DNA of 63,038 nucleotides, the filler included, from Octopus bimaculoides (lineage: Eukaryota), in NCBI RefSeq assembly GCF_001194135.2. It is 6 parts of 6 records of this genome, joined end to end, with 100 filler letters (N's around TTAATTAATTAA, not from the genome) between each part and the next. Parts side by side here need not be neighbours in the genome. Positions count along the whole stretch, not along the records: positions 48,040 to 56,183 come from NC_068992.1; positions 56,284 to 60,287 come from NC_068983.1; positions 60,388 to 63,038 come from NW_026421380.1; 3 more parts are not named here. One strand, written 5' to 3'. Position 1 is the first letter of the stretch; the number at the start of each line of letters is the position of its first letter. Made by a program: the position numbers and the translations under genes. Shown piece by piece: positions 48,860-63,038 of the stretch. Below the pieces are notes generated by a model that saw nothing but the letters and a program-made list of their open reading frames with translations, was not told the DNA's origin and did no database searches.

Positions 48860-49260
48860 TATGGCTGTGTGGTAAGACGTTTTCTTCCCAACCACATGGT
48901 TCCGGGTTTCGTTCCAATGGATGGCACCTTCAGCCGATGTTTTTGGTCCGACTAAAGTCTTGTGAGTAGATTTGGTAGCTGGAAACTGAAAGAATCCCGT
49001 CGTATACACACACATACACGCACATACACACACACACTCTCTCGCTCACACACACACACACACACAGATAATATATGTGTGTGCGTGTGTGCGCGCGTAC
49101 GCGTGTGTCTTTGTGTCTGTGTTCGTCCGCCACACAGCTTGATAACAGGTGCTGGTTTGTTTACGTCACTGTAATCTAGTAGTTGGTCAAAAATGATGAC
49201 AGACGGAATAGGAACTTTAAAAGAAAACAAAATGTACTGGAACCCTTTGTCAAGTGTTGC
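48860..49260 (+). mobile_element. SINE family A with expanded internal (CA)/(TG) tract
   Basis: Head ggctgtgtggtaag..ggaaactgaaagaatcccgtcg, microsatellite, then tail gcttgataacaggtgctggtttgtttacgtc. Confidence 0.8.
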
Positions 49261-49371
49261 CATAGAAGAAATGCGAATACCATCACACACATACACACAT
49301 ATCCACACACAAACACATATGCGACTGGTTTCTTTCAGTTTCCGTCTACCAAATGTCTTTTATAATTTCTC

Positions 49372-49885
49372 TCTAGACAGTAGAGCTTCAGTTCCTTTAG
49401 CCTCACCCAGTTGTTCATCTCATTCATCGCGTCCATCTTCTTTGTGTAGTGGTGTTGTAATGCCCCCAGTTTGGCGCTCTGCGGCGACCACAGTCGGGAA
49501 CAGCAATCCAGTCGAGTGAGAACGAAAGTTCTCCATAGGAGCAACTTGCATCTTTATTTCCGGTTCTCAATGATCTATGAACTCATCCAGCTACTCACCT
49601 GCACAGTGCTGCCACCATGGAATGATGCATCATTACTCATATGGACACCCAGGTCAAGCATTGACTCTAACCCCAGGATTACATTACATTCTGGTTCAGT
49701 GCATCTCGATTGCAGTGTTCGTGGGCCATTGCAGTAGAGTACCCGGAACTTCTCTGCCTAGAACTGCATTTCATGTTCATCAGACAATTTCTATACATTG
49801 AATTCAGGTCGTTGTGCAGTTTTAGTATGTTATCAGGGTCCTTGACCGACTGTACTACTTTTGCATCACTAGGATAGCTAGGGAG
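49372..49885 (-). mobile_element. CR1-type LINE RT/thumb fragment
   Basis: SYPSDAKVVQSVK..LHNDLN (decayed FADD region) and LWRTFVLTRLDCCSRLWSP..LQHHYTKKM..WVRLKELKLYCLERN match the CR1 RLDYC..LWSP..LY.LERR motifs. Confidence 0.8.
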
Positions 49886-50085
49886 AGTGACTGACTGCAT
49901 ATGTATATATGTATATATATGAGTCTCATATATGTTTATGCATAAATATTGATCCAAATATATATGCTTGAGTATGTATACGTCTATATAGACAATGTTC
50001 ATGTCTGTCATGTTTGTGTAAGTACATATATATATATGGTTGATGGATGAATGGCTGGATTCGTATTGTGTGTGTGCGTGTATAT

Positions 50086-50122
<37 letters not shown>

Positions 50123-50462
50123 NNNNNNNNNNNNNNNNNNNNNNNNNNNNNNNNNNNNNNNNNNNNNNNNNNNNNNNNNNNNNNNNNNNNNNNNNNNNNN
50201 NNNNNNNNNNNNNNNNNNNNNNNNNNNNNNNNNNNNNNNNNNNNNNNNNNNNNNNNNNNNNNNNNNNNNNNNNNNNNNNNNNNNNNNNNNNNNNNNNNNN
50301 NNNNNNNNNNNNNNNNNNNNNNNNNNNNNNNNNNNNNNNNNNNNNNNNNNNNNNNNNNNNNNNNNNNNNNNNNNNNNNNNNNNNNNNNNNNNNNNNNNNN
50401 NNNNNNNNNNNNNNNNNNNNNNNNNNNNNNNNNNNNNNNNNNNNNNNNNNNNNNNNNNNNNN

Positions 50463-50497
<35 letters not shown>

Positions 50498-51413
50498 AAT
50501 GAAATTCGTACAGATATGAGGCAAAAAATACACAAAAACCAAAGCGAACGTCAGTGAATCTCCAAAACTAATAACTAACTTTATAAAAAAATACAAACAA
50601 TTGCAAATAAACAAATAATTATATAAACATAAAAATAAATAAACCTAAAAGTAAATAAAAAAATGATAATAAATAAATAATGAGTTAAAATCTTGAGGCG
50701 AAAAGCATGATTCTCAGCCTTAAAAATGGTGGTTTTTCTTGTTTCTCGCTGACATATCTCATTGACAAACATTGGATCAAGTAATATTTTGTATTCCGAA
50801 CAGGATATTGTGAATTCCATGAATGTATAAACAAATACAGGTTTTGAAGACGAAATAATATGCAGAATTAGGCAAGAAAAATGGGTGGGCGGGTGGAGGC
50901 ACTGGAGGAGTGGTTTATGATATCCTAGGAAGAAGGGTTGGTGTGTTGTTTTTTTATTTATTTTTGAAATTTTTTTTTTTGGTTCTTTCTTGAGTTTTAT
51001 TTCAAAAGGTTTCTATATTCTTCTCAGAATGATAATAGGGATGAAGAGCGGGTGTATGTGTATGTATGTATGGTTTATATATGAGTGTATGTATGTATAT
51101 TTGTATGTATATATATAGTTATATATGTATATATGTATGCATATATATAGGGTGATATATAAAAATTCATTCATATATATATATATAGATATATACGTTA
51201 TTAACACACGCGCCCACACGCGCACACACGCATACGCACATACACATGATCGCATGCAATACTCGTTCACATACATATGTATGCATCTCTCCCTATATCA
51301 TATATATCCATATATATACATTTATATAAATATATTGCTACATTACAATATGTATGTTTACATTTTATTCACATATATGTATTTATATGTAGATGTATGT
51401 ATATATTATATAT

Positions 51414-51449
<36 letters not shown>

Positions 51450-51471
51450 TATACATATATATATACATATA

Positions 51472-51504
<33 letters not shown>

Positions 51505-51799
51505 NNNNNNNNNNNNNNNNNNNNNNNNNNNNNNNNNNNNNNNNNNNNNNNNNNNNNNNNNNNNNNNNNNNNNNNNNNNNNNNNNNNNNNNNNNNNNNNN
51601 NNNNNNNNNNNNNNNNNNNNNNNNNNNNNNNNNNNNNNNNNNNNNNNNNNNNNNNNNNNNNNNNNNNNNNNNNNNNNNNNNNNNNNNNNNNNNNNNNNNN
51701 NNNNNNNNNNNNNNNNNNNNNNNNNNNNNNNNNNNNNNNNNNNNNNNNNNNNNNNNNNNNNNNNNNNNNNNNNNNNNNNNNNNNNNNNNNNNNNNNNNN

Positions 51800-51867
<68 letters not shown>

Positions 51868-52216
51868 AATATATATATATATTTGTATGTATGTATGTAT
51901 GTATGTATGTATGTATGTGTGTATGTGTTTCTCTATATACGTATTTATATATATACGTATGTATGTCTAAATGTAACCATGTGTGTGTGTGTGTGTGTGC
52001 AGACACACAAATGGTGAAAAATTATTCAATGCCAATGACATAGTGAAATATCAAATTTTATTGAAGGTGAAGCTATTCAGTTTCAATAAAAGTTTACATA
52101 TATGCAGGTGCATATATATATATATATGTATATATATAAATATATATATGCATATATATGTATATATATATGCATATATATGTATATATATATATATATC
52201 TATATATATACAAATA

Positions 52217-52285
<69 letters not shown>

Positions 52286-52295
52286 GCATAAACGG

Positions 52296-52655
52296 ACGAG
52301 GTGTGATCAAAAATAAACAGAGGTTATTTTTTAAAATCCATACAACGCTTTGATTACAATTTAATGGAACTTACGCCCTTCAAACTATATTCCTCCTTTA
52401 TCCAAGCACCGTTACCAACCCCTTTTTTCTTTTTCATCAAGTTTTGGAACCTGTGTTACGATACAGTTCTTATAGGGCTTTTTGTTCGATCTCTTCAATG
52501 ATTTGGAACCGCCGACCTTGCAATGACGATAAGCAGAGAATGTTCCAACACCAGTTGTCAAGTGGTGGTGGTGGAGGACAAACACATACTAAAAGACAGG
52601 GACACAATGATATACACATGTACACATGTACGCAAGCATACATACATACATACAT

Positions 52656-52686
<31 letters not shown>

Positions 52687-54230
52687 TATATATGTTTGTG
52701 TATATGCATGTATNNNNNNNNNNNNNNNNNNNNNNNNNNNNNNNNNNNNNNNNNNNNNNNNNNNNNNNNNNNNNNNNNNNNNNNNNNNNNNNNNNNNNNN
52801 NNNNNNNNNNNNNNNNNNNNNNNNNNNNNNNNNNNNNNNNNNNNNNNNNNNNNNNNNNNNNNNNNNNNNNNNNNNNNNNNNNNNNNNNNNNNNNNNNNNN
52901 NNNNNNNNNNNNNNNNNNNNNNNNNNNNNNNNNNNNNNNNNNNNNNNNNNNNNNNNNNNNNNNNNNNNNNNNNNNNNNNNNNNNNNNNNNNNNNNNNNNN
53001 NNNNNNNNNNNNNNNNNNNNNNNNNNNNNNNNNNNNNNNNNNNNNNNNNNNNNNNNNNNNNNNNNNNNNNNNNNNNNNNNNNNNNNNNNNNNNNNNNNNN
53101 NNNNNNNNNNNNNNNNNNNNNNNNNNNNNNNNNNNNNNNNNNNNNNNNNNNNNNNNNNNNNNNNNNNNNNNNNNNNNNNNNNNNNNNNNNNNNNNNNNNN
53201 NNNNNNNNNNNNNNNNNNNNNNNNNNNNNNNNNNNNNNNNNNNNNNNNNNNNNNNNNNNNNNNNNNNNNNNNNNNNNNNNNNNNNNNNNNNNNNNNNNNN
53301 NNNNNNNNNNNNNNNNNNNNNNNNNNNNNNNNNNNNNNNNNNNNNNNNNNNNNNNNNTATATATTTGTCATGGGCTTCTTTCAGTTTCCGTCTACTAAAT
53401 CTGCTCACAAGGCTTTGGGCGGCTCGAGACTATAGTAGAAGACACTTGCCCAAGCTTCCACGCTATGGGACTTAACCCGGAAGCATGTGATTGAACAATA
53501 AGCTTCTTTCCACACAGCTACACCTGCACCTATGTGCGTTTTCATGTTGTGGCATCCATGTTTTATTTCTCAAGCTACTTCTTACGCTCGGATCTTCTCA
53601 AATGTTTCACGACATCTAAGTAGAACTCTTTATAGATTGACCGACCGCATTAGATCAACTCATAGAATAAACGACTCTGAAAAGTTGATCAACATTACCT
53701 TCATATCTGAGCATCTCGCCATTCCTTCATTTAGTCACGTTCACCAGAATCCAACACTATTCCACGAATGCCGTTTTTCTCTAAGCATGGTAGCTGTACG
53801 CCAATGTCTCATCACTGATTATGACATTTGTCAGCGTTTCTATCAATATTCGAGAGATCATCTCGATTCTTTTTCTTCATCTATCTGCAGAAGTGGCAGA
53901 AAATCAGTGCCAATTCGATGCGTCTTCAGTTCTTTTAGAATCATGTGGCGCCAACTTTTACACATGACGTCTCCTTCAGAGAGATCGTGGACAGTCAAGC
54001 AATGATTTTCACAGATCACAATACGCACATTTTTTTTATGCAAACCGTCATCCGTATCAGAGTATTTTGGAAATCAACTCGCACCTACCCCTATATTGGA
54101 AATTACTCACATGTTGGAAACATGTAGCTGACACAGAATTTCAGCGTACGTTTGGCTTACCATGCTAAATATCCATGAAAGCAAATGGATACATTATTTC
54201 TAGGGATGTTTCCAGGCGCTTGAAAAAGTT
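52296..54230 (-). mobile_element. Decayed mariner, interrupted by SINE A, microsatellite and gap
   Basis: TIR-like ACGAGGTGTGATCAAAAA at 52296. C-terminus GRRFQIIEEIEQKAL..W*RCLDKGG.*FEG at about 52380-52520. N-terminal part ICENHCLTVHDLSE..ILKELKTHRIGTDFLPLLQIDEEKESR and KVMLINF at about 53600-54050. Confidence 0.75.
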
Positions 54231-54344
54231 TGTACAGTTTCTGTCCGACCATGAACAGTCAACGTCCTCAAGTCAATGCCTTTACTGCTAATCAGGTATA
54301 AGAACAACATGGCTACTTCACTCAATCTGTTTCCACTTTTACAG

Positions 54345-54371
54345 GTGTAAACATCGTAATCTTTGGAAATG
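54345..54371 (+). other. Candidate 27-nt exon
   Basis: Branch-like CTCAAT (54321-54326), tctgtttccacttttacag| acceptor and G|GTATGA donor. Open as a phase-1 exon (G)VNIVIFGN. Also ends in ATG. Confidence 0.25.
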
Positions 54372-54679
54372 GTATGAATATATGTAACTTGGAAATGAGT
54401 GTATGTATCCTACATATAATTGCTTTGTGAATTCACGCAATATCCCCCTCTCAAAATTGCTCTGGCTGAACATGAGCGAAGGCTTTGAGATTGGAATTTT
54501 TCAAAATTGTCCGCCGTCCTTTGAGAATTGTTCTGTTACAATTCTTAAGAATTCTGACGCTTTCCTAATAAAGATGCTATCCATAGGCTACAGTAAAAGT
54601 GTTTCCATCACCTCTACATATCTTTCGAATTGTTTGCAATGTTTTCAATTTTATAAACATCATCAACTCACCATCATAA

Positions 54680-54830
54680 ACGTGGCTGTGTGGTAAGAAG
54701 TTTCCCAATTACATGGTTCTGGGTTCATTCCCACTGCGTGGCACCTTGAGTAAGTGTCTTCTACTATAACCTCGGGCCGATTAAAGGATTGACAATGGAT
54801 TTGGTAGACCGAAACCAACTGAAAAGAAAA
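54680..54830 (+). mobile_element. SINE family A head
   Basis: cgtggctgtgtggtaagaag..ggttctgggttcattcccactgcgtggcaccttgagtaagtgtcttctactata. Confidence 0.85.
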
Positions 54831-56329
54831 AACTAACCGTGAGCGCGCGCATATATATATATATATATATATANNNNNNNNNNNNNNNNNNNNNNNNNNN
54901 NNNNNNNNNNNNNNNNNNNNNNNNNNNNNNNNNNNNNNNNNNNNNNNNNNNNNNNNNNNNNNNNNNNNNNNNNNNNNNNNNNNNNNNNNNNNNNNNNNNN
55001 NNNNNNNNNNNNNNNNNNNNNNNNNNNNNNNNNNNNNNNNNNNNNNNNNNNNNNNNNNNNNNNNNNNNNNNNNNNNNNNNNNNNNNNNNNNNNNNNNNNN
55101 NNNNNNNNNNNNNNNNNNNNNNNNNNNNNNNNNNNNNNNNNNNNNNTTCGTGTGTGTATATATATATGTATAAAATATACATGCACGTATGTTTATATGT
55201 ATATCTTTGTTTCGTGTGTGTATATATATATGTATATATATACATATACACATTTATATATATATATACGTACATATACATTATTCATATATGCATACAG
55301 ATATATGCATAAACAACACACACACATGTATGTAGAGTGAAAATCGAAATGGTACATTGAAACGCATTGAAAGGCAGAAATAAACATGGATACCCTCTAC
55401 ACAGCATTGAAGACCAGATTCAAAATAACTTCTGGGAATTTAAAAGCCAAGGACTTTAAATTCCATTAATTTTCTTAAACTGCTGACTACAACACTACGA
55501 TATATGAACTATTCGTGATCTTTTTTCTCAATAAGGCGTACTAAAGCTATACATATATTCGTACATGCAGGCATACTTAGTTGCTGGCGAGGCAACGATA
55601 TTTCATTTTGTTACCTTCGTACACTTCTGAGTTCGTTACAGGTTTATGAAGTCAATACTATAATTTCATATTTAAGGCTGTATCTACAGACTTTCTACAG
55701 CATTCAGGTCCTCACTGTAAATTACGACGTTTCATAAACAAATACGTCCATGTAAGCAATGAGATCCAAAATAGAAAAACAGGTAATGGGTATATATTCA
55801 TATTTCGAGGATCATTGACCTCTCATCTGCACCTCATCCAACCCATTTACTATTCATTTAGCAGTGTAAGAAAATTGGAAGGAACAATTTGCATATTAAG
55901 CACATTCCTAGTAACTGTACGCCTATATAATTGTTGGTAAGGCAACACTATTTAATTTTGTTTCCATAATACACTACTACGTATCTTAAATGAATTGGAT
56001 GTACTGATGAAATGTCAAAAATCCTAGAAATATGCATATACACTTATGACCTATTTTTCTGTCTTCGATTGCATTGTTCACATCGACGTATTTGTTTACT
56101 AAATCTAACTTGCAAAGATGTCTTTGAATCCTACAGAAAATCTATAGAAATAAACTTATAATTCATGCATAAATGCATATATANNNNNNNNNNNNNNNNN
56201 NNNNNNNNNNNNNNNNNNNNNNNNNNNTTAATTAATTAANNNNNNNNNNNNNNNNNNNNNNNNNNNNNNNNNNNNNNNNNNNNTTTAATTGATGAATATC
56301 AATTTCTACCCTCATTATTTCAAGTGTGA

Positions 56330-56775
56330 ACCAAATTCGATGACTGACACACGTGCCAGTGGAGCGCTAACAGCACCATCTGAGCAGGATCACCGCCAGA
56401 GCAGCGGCCTTGCTCCCGTGCCGGTGGCATGTAAAAAGTACCATTTGAGCGTGATCTTTTCCAGCTTCACCTTACTGGCACTTATGCCGGTGGCATGTGA
56501 ACAAAACATTGGCTGACTCCTGTGCAGGTGGCACGTAAAAAACACCATTTTGAGTGTGGCCGTTGCCAGTACCGCCTGACTGGCCCTTGTGCCAGTGGCA
56601 CGTAAAAAGCACCCATTACACACTTGGAGTGGTTGGCGTTAGAAAGGGCATCCAGCTGTAGAAACTGCCAGATCAGACTGGAGTCTGGTGTAGCCATCTG
56701 GTTTGCCAGTCTTCAGTCAAATCATCTAATCCATGCTAGCATGGAAAGCGGATGTTAAATGATGATGATGATGAT
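56330..56775 (+). mobile_element. RTE-like LINE 3' tail with reiterated motif and (GAT)n end
   Basis: Five imperfect copies of gtgccggtggcacgtaaaaagcacc, then gtggttggcgttagaaagggcatccagctgtagaaac, ending ccatgctagcatggaaagcggatgttaaa(tga)n. The same terminal motif occurs at about 5160-5190 (minus) and 5400-5490. RTE assignment is from recalled similarity of RTE 3' UTRs. Confidence 0.6.
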
Positions 56776-57384
56776 ATATATTGAGAGAGGGAGAGAGAGA
56801 GAGTACTGGAGCTGGGGCCATGTAAAAAGCACCCAGTATACCTTGTAAAGTGACTAGAATTAAAAAGGGTATCCAGCCATAGAAAGTATGGCAAAACAGA
56901 CAATGAAACCTGGTGTGGCCACCTGGTCTTACCCCACCCAGCTGGTTTCAGCTGGGTTGGTAATGAAAGGGTTAAGAAGCATGGCTATAGAGCAAGCTTC
57001 TGCTTAAGTTCTTTAGAGCCAAGCCTTTTCTGAGCTAATGATGTAGGCTTTTTTTTAATTATGATATTTTAAACATCATTTTGTGCTGACATCAGCAAGG
57101 CTGTTTAGTAGTTGATACTGAGCTAGCCACTTTTTGATTTAATATAGGTCAAAAATTCTCTTCTTCAGTTAGTATAGAGCTAGCCAGTTTTTTTTATATT
57201 TAAATTTATTCATGTTAGTTAATATAGAATAAGCTTCTTTTTAGATTAATATAAACAAGATTATTTACTTTTTCTGAGTTATTATGAAAATGCATATTCT
57301 TTTTTTCTTTATTAATATTCAAAATTATTTTCATGTTATAATAAGACAACATTATATTCGAGTTAATATAAAAGAAAATATAAG

Positions 57385-57750
57385 GCGACAAGCAGGCAGA
57401 AACGTTAGCATGCCTAGCGAAATACTAAGCGGTATTTCATCTCTCTTTACATTCTGAGTTCAAATTCCACCAAGGTTGACTTTACATTCATCCTTTCAAG
57501 GTCGATAAATTAAGTACTAGCTGCACACTGGAGTCGATCTAATCGACTGGCTCCCCTCCCCAAGCACATTCCAGGAAAAAAGCTAAGTGACGTTTAATCC
57601 ACCCTTCTGTTCTGAGTTCAAATTCCACCAAGGCTGATTTTACTTTCATCCTTTCAGGGGTCAATAAATTAAGTACCATTTGAAAACTGGGGTCAATGTA
57701 ATCAACTTACTCCTCCCCTAAAATTGTGGACCTTGTGCCAAAATTTAAAA
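57385..57750 (+). mobile_element. Two tandem SINE family B copies
   Basis: Head-to-tail copies at about 57385-57560 and 57575-57750, each with ctgagttcaaattccaccaagg..ctttcatcctttc..aaattaagtac. Confidence 0.8.
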
Positions 57751-58388
57751 CTAATATAAAAGGAGATCAATTTAGATTTAATATAAATCAAACCAATTTT
57801 TTCCATTAGATGTGGGGGCCTATTTGGTTGGGTCCAATTAAAGGATTGTACATGTTTTGTTATGTTTGAATATCTTACATTTTACTTGTTTCTGGTATTG
57901 GATTGTGGTCTTGCTGACATTATAATCATAACTAGTTGATATTCAAGCGAAAGTATATTTTAGTGAAAAGAACCAAATCTATGGCTGATTTGAAATATCT
58001 ACGACTGAATATTTTGATATGTTCTTGATAATATTCGACATTCTCATCTGCAGAAAGGGAGAAACAAAGAATTCAAGAAACTAGGGGAAAAAAAAAAGAA
58101 AAACTTTATATTGAGGCTCATAACAGTCATGATGATGATGATGATGATATGTATGTCTAACTCTCTCTCTCTCTATATATATATATATGTATATGTATGT
58201 ATATGTCCACACATATACACATTTATATACATATATGCATGTAATTATATACATATAAATTTATATGTATATATATACACACACACACACACACACATAT
58301 ACACATATATATAAAAGCAGACATATATATATATATATAGATTGATAGATAGATAGATAGATTGAATACAGATAGATAGATAGGTAGG

Positions 58389-58477
<89 letters not shown>

Positions 58478-58859
58478 CATAGATACATAGATACATAGAT
58501 TCATAGAATAAAACTAAAATTATCTCATTTATTGTGAGATAAATCTCTAATTAGAAATTTTGACAGCAAACAACTCACCCATACTCCATCGCTCTCTCGC
58601 TTCCTCCTCCTTCTCTTCGTCCTCCTCCTCTTCCACCCACTCCCTCTTATCTACATGTCTTCATTTGCATTATGTCATACAGACTTACTAATCGTTGGAC
58701 TGAATGAGGAATTGCCTTCCCTCATTCTGTTCTCTCTTTCTTTCTCCACCTCCTCCACCCTCACCCCCTCTTTTTTCTTAATGCTAAAAGCCTTTTGACA
58801 TATTGTTTGAAGTGAATAGTTTCGACAGCGTCTTCTAGCTAATGTGATGCTGTATGCGT

Positions 58860-59021
58860 CATAATCTTAAAGAAATCATCATCATCATCATCATCATCAT
58901 CTTCATCATCATCATCATAGTCATCAGCATCATAACACCACCACCACCACCACCACCACCACTACGACCCCTCCGAATAATAATGATGACGATAGCATTA
59001 ATACCCATAATAATACTAAAA

Positions 59022-59055
<34 letters not shown>

Positions 59056-59103
59056 CGGCGGTGGTGATGATCATAATAATAATGATAAGAATATTAATAA
59101 TCA

Positions 59104-59141
<38 letters not shown>

Positions 59142-59172
59142 ATTATTATTATTATTGTCATTATTATTATTA

Positions 59173-59230
<58 letters not shown>

Positions 59231-59295
59231 CATTATTGTTATTATTATTGTTATTATTGTTATTATTATCGTTATTATTATTATTATTGTTATTC
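58860..59295. repeat. Mosaic trinucleotide low-complexity tract (ATC, ACC, ATG, ACT, ATT)
   Basis: Direct inspection. It explains the poly-I, M, L, P, G and S ORFs. Confidence 0.95.
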
Positions 59296-59764
59296 AACTC
59301 GAGCTTTTAGTCAGTAGACTCTTATGCAGATATATATCCATTAACGTTTGAAGTGATGGAAAGGTTTTTGCTCTGTATACAATAGAGAGAGAGAGAGAGG
59401 GAAAAAAATAAAAATAAAAAACGAAAATAACACAAGAATAACCCAGAAACAAAAGAAACACACACAAACACACATACAAACAAACAAACAACAAAAAACA
59501 ACAGCAACAAAATCTTCCGATTTCAGAACAAAAGATGAGAGCCAACAACTTATTCATTGTAAAACTAATGAGGTCTGTTATTTTTCCATACGAAATACCA
59601 CAGCAACACTTAAGCATCGGTCCACATACATACCAACAAACATACCAACAAACCGGATTTACAAGCATGCAGAGCACTAACAAAGAACGGAGTCTCCAGT
59701 GGAGAAGCAGAATGAATGTTTTCAACCGTTTTCAACTTATATAACATTAAGCTATTCTAATAAT

Positions 59765-62269
<2,505 letters not shown>

Positions 62270-62270
<1 letters not shown>

Positions 62271-62451
62271 TTCTGTCATTTGACTGTGGCCATGCTGGAG
62301 CACCACCTTTAGTCGAACAAATCGACCCCAGCACTTATTCTTGCTTATTCTGTCGGTCTCTTTTACCGAACCGTTAAGTTACGGGGACGTAAATACACCA
62401 GCATCGGTTGTCAAACAATGTTGGGGGGACAAACACAGACACACAAACATG

Positions 62452-62511
<60 letters not shown>

Positions 62512-62855
62512 AAGAGAGAATTTACAAAAAAAACAAAAGACGAAGACGCGTGTGTTAACAACAAACAGATGTATTAGTTTAACGCTCGGGAAGTGAGAAA
62601 GTCTTTTACGTTTCGAGCCTACGCTCTTCGACAGAAAGGAGCACAGAAATAAAGAGGGAGAGAAAATAGAAAATAGAATATGTATATATATACGACGAGT
62701 TTCTCTCAGTTTCCGTCTACCAAATCCTTTCACAAGGCTTTGATCGGCCAGAGGCTATAGTAGAAGACACTTGACCAAGGTGACACGCAGTAGGACTGAA
62801 CCCGGAACTATGTGGTTGGTTGCAAGCGACTTACCACACAGCCACACCTGCGCCT
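62270..62855 (-). mobile_element. SINE family A with a pLTR-like element nested in its internal microsatellite
   Basis: Tail half at 62270-62450 and head at 62690-62855, separated by (AG)n and the 62513-62680 insert. Confidence 0.8.
62513..62680 (-). mobile_element. Short PLE pLTR-like element with hammerhead motif (copy 3)
   Basis: Reverse complement CTTT-CTGTCGA-A-GAGC-GTAG-GCTC-GAAAC-GTA-AAAG at 62602-62638, followed by actttc..ttcccgagcgttaaactaata as in copies 1 and 2. Confidence 0.75.
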
Positions 62856-62989
62856 TTATATACATATATTCATACACACACACACATTTCTATTCATATA
62901 TACACGTGTTTGTGCGTGTAATTTTGTATGTATATTCGTACGTAAGTATTCATGCACACATGTGCATGTATACACATGTACCTGTATGC

Positions 62990-63038
<49 letters not shown>

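Noticed and set aside
58854-59351. Poly-amino-acid ORFs (I, M, L, P, G, S runs)
   Set aside because: These are translations of trinucleotide microsatellites on both strands with no unique coding segment.

Overview
AT-rich, microsatellite-saturated eukaryotic scaffold with many N gaps. The repeat content (several very abundant tRNA-headed SINE families, AAT-tailed RLE LINEs) looks like an Octopus genome, but that is inference from repeat style. I found no intact, recognisable host gene. Most ORFs in the track are microsatellite or N-gap artefacts, and the recognisable protein remnants are transposon-derived: two families of RLE-type (R4/Dong-like) LINEs, a Tx1/L1-like LINE, a CR1-type LINE, RTE tails, two decayed mariners, a Gypsy protease fragment, and a frameshifted Penelope-like (PLE) reverse transcriptase that the ORF track does not show in its coding frame. 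The most interesting signals are: (i) several short hammerhead-ribozyme-bearing, PLE pLTR-like elements, including a multi-copy family with a non-canonical CUGU(U/C)GA core and fold-back elements with outward-facing ribozyme motifs; (ii) LINE families that each sit in a different microsatellite; (iii) a six-fold reiteration of a 44-bp piece of LINE coding sequence at a 5' truncation junction; (iv) an exon-like 115-codon frame interrupted only by TAA and TAG. Five N44-TTAATTAATTAA-N44 blocks are assembly linkers, so adjacency across them is unproven. Splice-site calls are low confidence.
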